This document shows, in pieces, positions 12,120-24,155 of a stretch of DNA of 64,000 nt. The DNA lies in the NCBI GenBank assembly GCA_051530055.1, contig CM121342.1, forward strand, positions 9,377,480 through 9,441,479, written 5' to 3'. Each line of letters begins with the position of its first letter. The stretch's first letter is position 1. The translations under genes were made by a program, and so were the position numbers. A model generated the notes under the pieces. It was given only the letters and a program-made list of their open reading frames with translations, ran no database searches and was not told the origin of the DNA. Source of the DNA: Neoechinorhynchus agilis (Eukaryota > Animalia > Acanthocephala).

Positions 12120-13050
12120 TTTAATAGTTCATTATGATACGATGATCCTAATTTTGACGAAAATAGTTCCCATGGTAGAAGCATGTCATCGATCAACAAA
12201 TCTCTTTCATTTATCAGTTCATCAGCAAACTGCGCCAACTTGAACTTCGTTTGGTCGAGGGATCGCCAAAGATTTGTTTTTGACTGAATAATCTCTTTAA
12301 ACTTGAATACATTGAGTCCGTCTGCATGATCTATATTTCCATGATTCTTTTTTAACTCATAATAAAGAATCGTGGACGAGTAATGCAGGAATGGTGCGTA
12401 AAAGATTCTGGATCGTTGACACCTTAGCAGCCATATCCGTTTCGAATTCTAAATTTAGCTCCTTGTACCGTGCGCGTTCGTATCGAATGCAATCACAATA
12501 ACAGTAAAGAAGCGTGAGAAAATCAAAGCAATCTACAATTTTGTATTTTTTAACTAATGACGAAATCTCAGCTTCTAGACAGGGAACGCCACATTTTGCC
12601 AGAATACATGGTAATTGATCCATGTTGCATCCTCCCCGTTCTCCACCCGCTGCCAAGTACTCTGTTAAAAAAACACTTTCAGTGAAACAACGTAAATCTT
12701 CAATTGAAAGCATTCTTTAAAAGTTGTTGTTGTTCATCAAAACCAACGCCGAGTAAAATATCTTCCTCGTTATTCATTTTCTCTTCAAACGAATTGTTCT
12801 TCATCGACAAAATCTAACTCCACACTTATATTAATTGAACATATATCGGTATCCTGGCAACCGAGCGTAGAATGATGTTCAAAATGTACTTTTGGTTTGC
12901 ATGCATTTTGCGCAACTCGATTTCAATCGAATTGATCTCTTCAACGGGTAAAAAAGTTTCAACGCTGTTTACAAAAGCATTTACAACGTTTTTGTTGCGC
13001 ATCTAATGTTCAATCAAGTTCGTTATTTCAACAAAGAACTGTTTAAGCTT
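12120..13050 (-). other. Unidentified host-gene-like remnant with EF-hand-like segment
   Basis: ORF 12357-12713 (LPCILAKCGVPCLEAEISSLVKKYKIVDCFDFLTLL) loosely resembles calmodulin-like helices, and the flanking frames look coding. Exon structure is unresolved. Confidence 0.25.
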
Positions 13051-13199
13051 CAATTTTCGAGGCCTCAAAGCGGATCGAAATGGTTCTAAGCGCCATATGC
13101 TAAGTCCCGGGTCCTTAAGAAATTGCTCCATTTTGCTTCGGCCTATAAAAACTTCGATGATGTCATTTATAGTATTGAACGCAATTTAAAGAACGCCTT

Positions 13200-13745
13200 G
13201 CTGGGCTGGCAACAACGTGAGAGGTAGCGAAAATGAGGTCGATCGGTATGACGGAGCCGTCGGATTGCGCGCATTACGCACGTGTTGCGTCACAGCCAAT
13301 GTATCATTTGCGGCTTCAGTATCAACATTTGTATATAAGCTTTGGAAATCGAAGGACATCACTTTAGATCGGCGCAGGATATCTTGCCTCGATTCCAATG
13401 TTCCTGTTAGTCGGCGCGTATTTTTTAGTGTATGGTGGCCCATCTTCAACCAAAGGAGCCAACATCTTGGCTAGCAGTTTGGATATCCTACATGCTGGTC
13501 CATTTATTGTAGATACAATTGGTCCGCATTTGAGCTGGTCTCCTCGCAATAAGACCTACGGCATCTTATGGGTCTTTACCATCACATATAGAACTGGGGT
13601 ATGTAAGGGCCCTTGGGTAAATGCGTGCATCCTCATAGGGTTCCTACGCGCGACTATCTTGCGAAAAGCTAACAATGAGGATATTGATTGGGTAAAACTT
13701 TTTGCTTTCCCCCGCCTTGTTCTCAGCTCTAGCAACTGAATATCG
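13200..13745 (-). mobile_element. Penelope-like RT fragment
   Basis: PVLYVMVKTHK...GPIVSTINGP..ISKLLAKMLAPL...VMSFDFQSLYTNV are Penelope RT N-terminal motifs. Confidence 0.85.
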
Positions 13746-13749
13746 GGGA

Positions 13750-15790
13750 ATTTGACATCCAACATTAAAAACAGGCTAGTGGAGTTCGACGCGAATTTTA
13801 AGAGAATGACAGAATCCTCAGCGACTCCCGAAAATTCGTCTAGCGAAAGCCGTAAACAAGGCAAAGTTCGGCCACTGGGTCAACGCGTTTCGGCGAAGCT
13901 CGCAGACGGGGATGTTCGCGGTGCGGTTCGGCTTCTAGCCTCAACTGAAGATTTTGCGCCGAATCATGGCACAACTTTTGAGGCTCTATTAAAGTTGCAT
14001 CCGTCATCGAAGTCCAATTCCACCAATTTTACACCAATTGCTCAGGCTTTTCGAGCAAATATTTTAGAAATACGAAAAGCTGTGTATTCCTTCGCCAATG
14101 GCTCAGGACACGGGCCAAATGGCTTGCGTCCACAGCACCTCAAAGACCTGATGTCTTTTTTCTACAGGTGCTTCGGGAATAGCCATCGGAACTGCTTTGC
14201 TTACAATAGTTGATATTTTCATCGAGGGCTCCATTGGCAATTTGGCTACACATCTTTTCATCGGCGCCTTTTTGTGTGCTTTGTCCAAGAAAGATGGTGG
14301 GATTCGTCCCATCGCCATTGGCTGCACTTTGCGAAGGTTAGCCGCGTAAGTTTTATGTAGGAGAATCTCCGATAAAATGGGAGAACTTTTAAGACCCTGT
14401 CAGTTAGGTTGCTGCACTCCTTGTGGAGTTGAAGCGGTCGTGCGTGCTCTGCGAAAATTTATCCCCCAAAGAACAAAGCCAACAGCAATTCTGAAAGTAG
14501 ATTTTAAAAATGCTTTCAATACCTTAAAAAGGGAAATAATGTTAAAAGCGATTGAGGATGTCGTCCCAGAGGCTTACCGTTATTTCTGGAGAGCATATGC
14601 TAACCATACACCACTGCTATACAATGACAAAATAATTTGGTCGCAGAGTGGTGTACAACAGGGAGATCCACTCGGCCCCATAGGCTTCTCCGTCGCAGTA
14701 AATGATCTTGCCCATTCAATGTGTTCTCCTTTCAACGCTTGGTAATTGGACGATGCCACACTCGGTGGCGATCTAAGTGTTGTTTTGGGCGACCTTCAAA
14801 GGATCGTGAATGAAGCTGACCGCTTGGGAATAGAAATAAATCCAAAAAATGCGAACTTCTCGTCCTGAACGCAACTGAAAACCAGCGCTCTCAAATCTCT
14901 AGCGATTTTGAATCAGTTGCTCCTGGTCTAGGTTTGATCACACTTGACCAGCTCACACTCCTCGGGAGCTGCGTTCTTGCTGAGAATGTTGCGAAGGACC
15001 TGCGCGCACAAATCCCGAAAATGGAGTTGCTCTGCGGTCGAACTTCTGAGCTTTCGGCACAGCTTCATAAGCTAAGAGCAGCTCCATGTTTCGGAGAAGA
15101 CAAATTGTTAGGAGAGCTCGACGGGGTAATTCGTAAGCAGCTGGGACATATATTGAATGTCAAATTTTCGGACACAGGTTGGTGACAGGCTACTTTTCCC
15201 ACGGCTTATGGTTGTTTGGGAGTTCGCACCACTTCAGACGTCGCTTTACCTGCCTTCCTCTCCTCTTGCCGGGCAAGTAAAGTCTATGTCGGTGCCATTT
15301 TAGGCACATCACTGAAGGATGCGATCTTTGAAACAGGATTATCTCAATGGCATCAATTGACAGGCATCAACGAGCTCCCCGCAGATGAATGCAAAGTCAT
15401 CTTGGGACATTCCTCTTGTTCAGAAGATTCACAACTCTTTCAAAGATCTTCTGAGTGAGATGTCTCAGGTCCGGCTGGTAGCCTGTTCCACGAAGCAGTC
15501 GGGCGCATGGCTGAATACTCTCCCTGTAGGTAAACCTGGAAATCTCCTTGCTGATTCAGTCGTCAGGGTCGCAGTATCTTTGAGATTAGGTCTACCGATT
15601 TGCATCCCGCATCGCTGCCGCTGCGGCACTATAGTGGACTCTTCGGGGAGACACGGTCTCATATGCAAGACGTCATCGGGACGATTTCCAAGGCATGCTG
15701 AAATAAATGCCGTTCTGAGTAGGACTCTAAAAACGCTTTCCCTTCCAAACATTCTAGAACCCACTAATCTTTGTAGATTAGATGGAAGCA
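13750..15790 (+). mobile_element. CRE-like non-LTR retrotransposon (RT plus start of RLE), truncated at both ends
   Basis: SGHGPNGLRPQHLKD, LSKKDGGIRPIAIG, LKVDFKNAFN, GVQQGDPLGP, W*LDD, SGAWLNTLP, RCRCG...GRHGLIC...GRFPRHAEIN. It stops at LCRLDG. Confidence 0.9.
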
Positions 15791-17489
15791 TTTTGGCCAG
15801 CGCCGATGAACAGGAGCGGAGAGGTTTTGTATTGTTGTATTGCTTAGAAAATACCCAGCAAATAAAAATTCGATGCTCTAAAATTGTTGGTAAAGAGTAA
15901 ATGGGTGTTTACTGATATCCTTAATGATCCTAAAAAGTGTGCCGGTTAGTTGGTTAACTAATCTTTTTTTATGTAAACTTTTATTATTTTATTGCTAGTT
16001 TTTCATACCATGGATCGACCAAGCAAGGTGGGACTCATTTTGTAGGACAACGGGCATAAATAAAAATAAGTAAATCGGGTAGAATAACCTTCCTATATTG
16101 GTATGGCTCCCTCCGTCATGCAGAAGTGTTTAAATAATCGATGCATTTTAACATATGTCCAATTCATCAGATTAATGATACTCTATCTAAAGTTTATTCG
16201 TTCGCGGTGATTTTGTTGAAGATGGTCTAAAAGATACCGGTAATGATGATGATCGAGCTCCAGCCACTAGGGCTGGGCTCTCTGGTACTGAGTCCTGCAA
16301 GGGGAGAAATTTAGAGAACGGAGGGGGAACACTCACCGTATGGAATAATGAGACGAAAACTAGAAAGATTCGAGCTAACTGATCAACTTTTCATTACTGG
16401 AAGAGAACATTTTCGCGATTTTGGACACCGGGGGAGATAACCGAGAACCGCACCTTCTGCTTTAAAACCAATGTCCCATGGCGAGGCCTATCCCGGCTTC
16501 GCATCTATTCAGAGCAAAGTATAGGCTCCAAGTCCTTGTGGATACAGGCTACCTACATACCTAATGCAATAATCGCTCAAGCTATCCCGAGCATTCACAA
16601 GGTTTCACCGACCCAGTATGTGATGACGGTCAAAGAATGGTTTGCCTGGCGTTCTTTCACATCCAATTTCTGGCCCAGTATATTTTCCGCATTTAGCAGT
16701 CACACGGATCACCGGGGACTATTATCGCTATGGTTTCATCCCGGGTGCGATGACTACCCCCCCCCGCTCTTTGGAGCAAGGATCATGATTGATTCGGCTT
16801 GAATTGGAGTTTAACAACGGAGGACCCCGATTTCTCTCACATTAAGTTATTAGCGCATATCAACAATCCTCCAGTTCCAGATGAGTTCTATGAGAATTTC
16901 AGGATAACAGATTCCTTTCGAGTTCTTATCCGACGAAAATTCCCTTAGAACATCACAACATTGAAAGTCAGACGCCCCTGATTACAATTTAAGATAAAAA
17001 GAATTAGCTGCCCTCAAAAATGAAAAGATTTTGTCGTCTGGTCCAAGAAGGAAGAGGGAGCTAGGAAACATAGTTGAACCTTAGGAAGTTGTAAGATAAG
17101 CCGGTGAGCCGTAGCTCTGTAATGCCATCGTTGACCTAGGAGACAACTGGGAGTTTCTTTTAATGGAATTGAGTATGCTGACTATGACTTTTAATGAATT
17201 TAATGTACCAAGTGCATACATCGTGATCGCTCGATATTCATCGAAGACTGCAGAAGCGCTAAGGTTAAAACGGAGAACGTATTTTATGACTATTGTGTCC
17301 ATATCATGTACAATTGCGACAGAAAATTCTCAGGCGTTATCAAGAGGAGTTGGCGAAAATAAGTGTAACATCGATAGCACTATGTCGTTCTACGTTGAGA
17401 TATTGAATGGTAAAAGTCTACGTCCTACAAATTTGCTAAATATGGCAGCAGTGGAAGCTTTATACAATTTAATGTGTATATTACTCGAG

Positions 17490-18366
17490 AAAAGAACTAT
17501 GGTCGAGAAACCAGTGATTTTATAGGCTTTTATAGCAATACTAAGAGAACTTCGTGTTAAGAAAATGGTTGAAGAATTGAACAAGCAATTGGCGATAATC
17601 GATTGCAACGCTAAATGCTTAAATTCGAAAATATCGCAGATATTGAAATTTATAATCAATGCAGCTTCAGAAAATCTCTAAAAACTAGCGTTTTGGAAAA
17701 ACCCTCTCTGTATTGTCGGAAAAATTATGAGCGCGTGGAAAACAAGGCCACCATAATTTTGCTATATATTTGAAATTGGCTTTGACCAATCAATGCTGTT
17801 ACAGAAAATCTCTAAAAAGCAACGATTGGGAAAACTCAAAAGAACCATCTAGGAAAATTTCACTAACCATTAAAATCCAAAACAATTTAAAGTTTGAAAC
17901 AGTAGAGTTTGATTTCAACTACTTGACAGTATAACCCTGGCGACAAATTCTCGCACAACTGAAAGAGTCACAGAACATTAATCGAAAAACAACGTTTTCA
18001 ACAATTTCAAGATATTACTCACGCCCATTAAAGCGTTTCCATTCGTCATCGATGCGATGGTAAAGAATCAACCATCAGCTGCAAAGTCGCTCGATTCATC
18101 TTAGAATAAAACAGAGCGATGCGAGTAACAAAATTGCAGCGATAGAAAACGGACGACGATTTGGAAGGTTTCAAAAAACGACAGAATTATTATCCGTTTA
18201 TTTATTTGGCGCGCGTTTAAGAATTTGTCGTCATTTTTTAATAGAAAAATCAATCTGTGAAAAGTAGCCTTGAAGTCTACTTGTTCAAAGTCTTTTTAAA
18301 TTAAGGGCGATTTTATTCGTTTTCTAGGGTGTTACATATGAAAATGTTTTACATTGAGACTACGGG
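17490..18366. repeat. ~0.85-kb duplicated segment (second copy 43980-44838)
   Basis: The core 17560-18363 differs from 44032-44835 at only about five positions by eye. The right boundary is sharp after ACATTGAGAC. Confidence 0.95.
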
Positions 18367-19052
18367 AATCGACATGGTTTTTCAATCAGATTGACCGATC
18401 GGTAGCGTAAATTGAAACGTTAAAATACATTGCGTTTAAAAAGATAAAAATCGAGTAAAACGCTCATCAACGTTAAACAAATCCACAGGAGACGTCTTTG
18501 CACATCTTCAATCAACTTATGTCGGAAATCCAGTTATAAAATCATTAATTTATTCAGATAAACGGATATGCCAGGATTGACAAGAAGGCTGGTGAAAAAT
18601 GTGCGTCAAGGACAGGGATTTCCTATGATGAAGAAACGTTGGATAAAAATCGATAAAACAAGTGCTGCAGAGCATTACAGCGGTTACGAGCCTCGCTTTG
18701 CTCTGTACATGCAGCTATGAATGAGGGAATGGATTATTTTCTAACGAGGTCCCAGTTGCAAGGTGGAGTTGGACAAAATTCGCTCGACTGGCTTCAATGA
18801 TAAAGTCACTTTCAACCCGAAGTTGGCATTTAGATTGAATAGGTTAATCGCCATAACAGTACGTAAGCTGAAATCGGCCGATTAGGGGCAGGAGAGGAAA
18901 TCATTGAACGGCCTAGGGCCCCAGCAGCGACTAAACAGACCCCTGTACGCCTCAGATGACATGCACTTATTCATTAGTGGTTATGCAAAAGGAAACATTG
19001 GAAACCCCTACTCTGGACGCGAAGTGTGCATCTCTCAGCAGCCCCAAGCTCT

Positions 19053-19477
19053 CCCAGAATTCTTATCGCTGTGCCTCCAATCGCTGAATCGTGGTTTGTC
19101 CATTGAACTAGATGTCATCGGTTTCACCACGCCACTTAAAAATTCGAACGAGGCTGATAAACGATCCACAGGACGTAGTACTTATAATGCATTCGTCGTC
19201 GATACGAACGTTCCCTGAATTCTTAACGCAGACCCTCCGATCGCTGAATCGTGGTTTGTGCCTTGAACTGTATGTGATCGGTTTCACCACGTGAGTTTCA
19301 AATTCGAACAAGGCTGATAAACGATCCACAGGACGTAGTACTTCAAATGCATTCGTCGTCGATACGAACGTTCCCAGAATTCTTATCGCTGATCCTCCCA
19401 TCGCTGAACCATGGTTTGTCCCTTAGACTAGATGTGACCGGTTTCACCACGTGAATTTAATATTCGAACGAGGCTGA
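19053..19477. repeat. 160-bp tandem repeat, ~2.6 units
   Basis: CCC(A/T)GAATTCTTA begins units at 19053, 19213 and 19373. Confidence 0.95.
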
Positions 19478-19779
19478 CGGGCGATTGAGATAAAAGGATT
19501 GCTTACAGGAATTCATTTCTTGTCTTACGATTTAGATTTGCTGTCTAAAGCAATTGATCATCAGCCAACAATCCATGTTGTTTGAATTAGAACTACTACG
19601 AGGATATAAATCGCTCAAATGTGCAATATTATCAAAACGGTCAATATGATCCAACAAAATGTCCACCACAGCGAGTCTGTATATTCCTTTACAAAGTGAA
19701 TCATAAGTGCTCATAGAGCTGCATCATTAGTGCCCCAAAAGCGATTTTGCAAACATTATAGATTTTTGCACCAATCACA

Positions 19780-20147
19780 AACTTCACCTGAATTTCTCTA
19801 GATGCTTCGAAATGATCCCTTCATTCTTCAAAATGACATCCTACGAGTAACTTCTTTAAGAATTCTGGGTCTTCAATTTCAATCAAATTTGAAATGGGAC
19901 CCGCACATCACTCCCTCCCTCAAGCGCAATACCTTTAAAATTTATCTCCTCAAATGCCTCCGACATTTAGGAATCTCTTCAAACGATCTCTCCGAATTTT
20001 ACTAGACTTTCATTTTACCCTCCCTCGCTTACAGTTATCCCATCTTCAGCAATCTATCCAAATCTCAAATCTGCCGTCTTATAATGCTTCATAAAAGAGC
20101 ATCTAAAATTTGCACAGCTGAATTTCACCCCACGTTCTCCATCGCTT
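19780..20147 (+). mobile_element. CR1/L2-group LINE 3' RT fragment
   Basis: LRVTSLRILGLQFQSNLKWDPH...LKCLRHLG. Homologous to 46184-46732. Confidence 0.85.
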
Positions 20148-20599
20148 AATTCTGGGTGCACAGAAATTCTTCAACTCTCCGGCCCAGGAAAACGGCAGGG
20201 AATCTAGATGTCGGATGAAGGCGTCGATAAAGAAAGCCTTATGTTCGCGGGGGGCGACCTCTCGAAAAAAAACTAGGCCGGGGATACCCCAATACTACAT
20301 CAGCACAGACACACTGTAATACGCGCTGACGCTCACAATCGATTGCGCTCATCACATCTAACAAATACTTTTATCGGGCAAGCTCTTTTTTATGTTAAAT
20401 TTATCTTTCTTAGAAAACGAATTAGAAAGTCTTTCTAAATACGCTGAGAGACAACCAACACATGCAATCTATTTCGTCCGCAAATTTTAAGAATTTTCTT
20501 CAAACGAGACGATCAAGACAACTTCCATATCCTAATGAATTGAGCAAGGAATTGATCAAAGTACTGCCGAGATCGTGTTGAAGATTTTTCTAGAACGAT

Positions 20600-21053
20600 A
20601 ACACGATTTTCGATCGAGATATGTTCCTTGCCATCACGACGGTCCATGTACTGCGATCAACTATGCTTGCCGCTGTGTGATTCAACAATCAGAATGTGAA
20701 AAATTCTGCATAACGGCAATTTCGAGGTTGTAGCTGTTGCCGTTCATCCGGTCCATGTCGCCAGTCTTGTAACTGCTATTCGTTTCACCGAGAGTGCGAC
20801 TATGATCTGTGCAGAAAAAAATCCGGCTCACCTTGCTCCAATAGGTCCATTTAATTAGGTAATAGATTAAAACTTAAAATCGGTTTATCCGACGTCGCTG
20901 ATCTGGTAGTTTTTCCACAAAAACCAGCTAAGCAAGAATCGGAATGCAGCCGAAGAGTTGTTCTTTGATTATCAATACGCCGCGAACACCAAATTGGCTG
21001 CTTTCGGCGGTGAATGGATGTCATCTACCAAGGAAAGTGGCAATGACAAGTGA
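20600..21053 (+). pseudogene. E(z): Enhancer of zeste (EZH/E(z))-like pseudogene: CXC domain plus SET termini, SET core missing
   Basis: YVPCHHDGPCTAINYACRCVIQQSECEKFC (20620-20709); frameshift; FRGCSCCRSSGPCRQSCNCYSFHRECDYDLC...CSNRSI*LGNRLKLKIGLSDVA (TAA at 20852); then directly AAEELFFDYQY (20946-20978). Confidence 0.8.
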
Positions 21054-21649
21054 AGTGTTTTGTTATAATGCTGCACTTTGTTATAACTATTCCATCCGAT
21101 TACGAATCCAGTTATTAGTGTTAAAAACATCGCAAAGCGGTGTAAAGTATCCATAGAAATACATAAGTGTATGAAAGTCTAACTCTTAAACAGCAATAGC
21201 GGTGTTGTGCTCTATTAGCGTCCCAAGAAATTATTAAATATACCGAAGATTTGTTTTCGGCTTTGTTTAAGGAACATATCCATAAAAACTTTTCGGTGTT
21301 AACAGAATTTTCTACATAAATCAGTTCCATTCGAAAAAATCCTTAAATGGGATTGATTATACAAAATTTTAAACGATTAACGCAGCTAACGGCATCATTT
21401 GCTTATATGCATCAACTTCCACAATTTCCCCACTTAAAATCTTACATGGATTTCGGCCGCTGCGCAAATCCAGCAGAGGCCGCATAGCAAAGCGCGTAAT
21501 GACTAATCTTTCTTTTCCGTTGATGGTACTTTAATTGCCATCAAAATTTGGCAATTTTCCTCAGAGCAAGTGACGCTCAACAAACAATAGAATTTTGATT
21601 TTTCCATTGTAGGAGTACGCGATTGGGTTCATTGAACGAATGTCAATGT

Positions 21650-22050
21650 GGATAAGAGAGGGACAATCTTTGCCGACTCGATGCCCGTAGACCGGACGGT
21701 GTTACACTATTCCCGTGGTTAGGTGAAGCCGCGTCCGTGGACACGCTCGCAGCCAGCAAATTAAAAATCGTCGCTGTTAAACCGAGGGGAAGCCGCAATC
21801 GCCGCTAAGGACCGCAAGAAGACCAAATGCAGATACTTGGGTCGAAATCATTATTTAGTTTCCTTTGACGTCGAGACATCCAGGTCGTTTGGTACCGCGG
21901 CAAAGGACCTGGTCAAGCAATCGAGGTTAGGAGCATTACTCCTACAAAACAAAAGCCTCGTTGTGCAACAAAGGGGGACGCTACATCCGTCCTTTCGACT
22001 ATTACACCAGGACGGCAGCTGAGTGATCCAGAGCGGTGGTCTGAATACTG
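21650..22050 (+). mobile_element. CRE-like element C-terminal RLE fragment
   Basis: CRLDARRPDGVTLFPW...AASVDTLAAS...FDVETS. Homologous to 11190-11520. Confidence 0.8.
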
Positions 22051-23959
22051 ATCTTCCATTCTGGCAGATTAGAAAAATGCCAAGATAAATTAAAGTTATC
22101 TTCTCTGAAAAAACCTGCACATTCAAAAGAGTAATCATACGATAAATTATTGGTTGATCTTCATCTATTTTGCTGTCCTTTCTCCAGCGAGAGGTTTCGA
22201 TGATTAGGAGTCATCATCATTTACCGAATCGATATACTTAAATGTGAGTCTTCGATCAATGGAGCGAAGGGAATACGATGAAATAATTCAATTAAAAGAT
22301 TTAATGCCAACGAGTTGATTGAATGTAGATGATGCAGAGAAAGCGATAGATTTGGGTGTCTCGATTTTTATCAGCATCGATTTCTTCGTTCGAATTGTTT
22401 TCTACTAAATGATTAAAACTGTCTTGAGGACCTTTGTTAAAACTCCACTTAATATAACTTCACTGCTTAAAATTGAAATGCGGATCGAGTTAACGATCAG
22501 GTGAATGGAGTAGCCGGCAAAAGACGTTTTACAACTTGCCACGCTGCCTTCGAAATTTTTTTAAAACTCATGACCAAACCGCCTTAAAATAGTCAACGGC
22601 ATTTTCACCCGAATCCTTAGGATTTAATTTCATTGCATAATATCAAAAAGAATTGTCTTTTCTTTTTAAACGCCCTCTGAGCCACCAAAAGGCAGCATCG
22701 ATCGTCATTGGGCTACGACCGTTCGTCGATACTTACTGTTAGCAGAGGAAAATTCAAGTAAGCTTTGTATCCATAAAACGGTTTCCCTCCTTTTAACGTC
22801 TCTTTCCTTCCCTGCATTCAAACTTTTTCCTCTGAGACGTCGATGTCGCTTCTACGTCTCTCTCTTTTTCGATGAATGAAACCCTTGGATCCAAGGATCC
22901 GCCCTGCCGAATTGCCATATAATCTCCTTAATTATGAACCTTTGCAACAACCGCTTTTATTTGTCTATCGGCCGATGCAATTCAGTTCGCCTAGAAACAT
23001 TTCGTCGTTTTAGAACGATTCACGTGGATTTTTATATTTTAGACTTTTGGGACGCTTAGGCGTCCGCCAATTTGTTGTCGAGAAAACGGATTCGATTGTG
23101 ATTTTGAAACAGCAAAAAAAGTTCTTTGAAGAAAATGTCCAATTTTTGAATGCGTATTGTATAACGCGATTCTTAGAGGAAAAGGCAGCGGTGCTCTAGC
23201 TCAGAGTTTCTAGTGGACAATTAGTCGAGGAAAAGGCGTTTGACGAACATGTCGCCTGATAATATCTAGTCCACAGGATAACCCTATAATGTTCGTATTT
23301 TAGTTGACAGACATTGAGGAAATGTCGGAATTATCCGACGAAGTATCGGAAATTAGCTAATGGATTTAAACCCGGAGGTACAAAACTACCAAAATAAAGA
23401 TAAATTTAATTACTGATTACGGTACAAACCAAATGCGAAACTTAAAGACTTCTCAGATCCGACCTATGGGAAAACTTCTTTAATTCGATAAAATCGCAAA
23501 TGTTATTTACAATATCGTCTGAATTAAATCGTCTTTTCAGATTTTCAAACTATGAAATGTTTTCCGCATTATTTTCACAATTCAGCAGAAAAATTTAATT
23601 TCCTATTTGTAATTTAATTTACAACAACCTCGTTGTCGACAAACCATTCGAAATTTTGTTCAGTTTCATTCATAAGAAAATATTCTTCACTGTGATGGTC
23701 GATACTCAATGAATCGCTCATTGTATTTACTCTTCGAGCTCTCCTTTTTCGCTTACTGGGGAAATTGTAACTTTTCATGCATTTGATTGGGATAAAAGAG
23801 AACCATTCTAGGTTTTTCACTTTACAATTTTATAGTTTGACCTAAGAAATGAATGACCGGCGAACAGATTATCAATGCGATAATAGCTAAGCTTAATCGC
23901 AAGTGTAGAAAATGACGCCATTATTATAACACGTTTTATTTGTAGATTTACAAGGAAAA

Positions 23960-24155
23960 GGACCCATGTACCTTTGGGTCCTCATAAATACACAGATATA
24001 TTGATGTTTTTAGTGTGTCCGTTCTGGTGGGAATGTCCGGTCTGGGGATGTCCGCTCGAGTGGGAATTTCCAGTCGGGGATGTCCATTCGGGTGGAAATA
24101 TCAAGTTTTGTTATGTCGATATGTAAGGTACCGGGGAATGTGATGTCCGTTCCGC
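23960..24155. repeat. Hairpin-terminated, minisatellite-bearing repeat (family E)
   Basis: GGACCCA-TGTACCTT-TGGGTCC hairpin at 23960-23981, then GATGTCCGTTC-type units like those at 51470-52258. Confidence 0.8.

Noticed and set aside
16500-16570. Retroviral-type protease motif LQVLVDTG
   Set aside because: It is an isolated motif with stops nearby and no linked gag or RT; too weak to annotate.
20150-20340. Structured RNA or ribozyme after the LINE fragment
   Set aside because: Only a 15-nt inverted match to 10270-10285 was found, with no recognisable ribozyme core.
22050-23900. Possible host gene remnant
   Set aside because: All frames are broken and no family motif was recognisable by eye.
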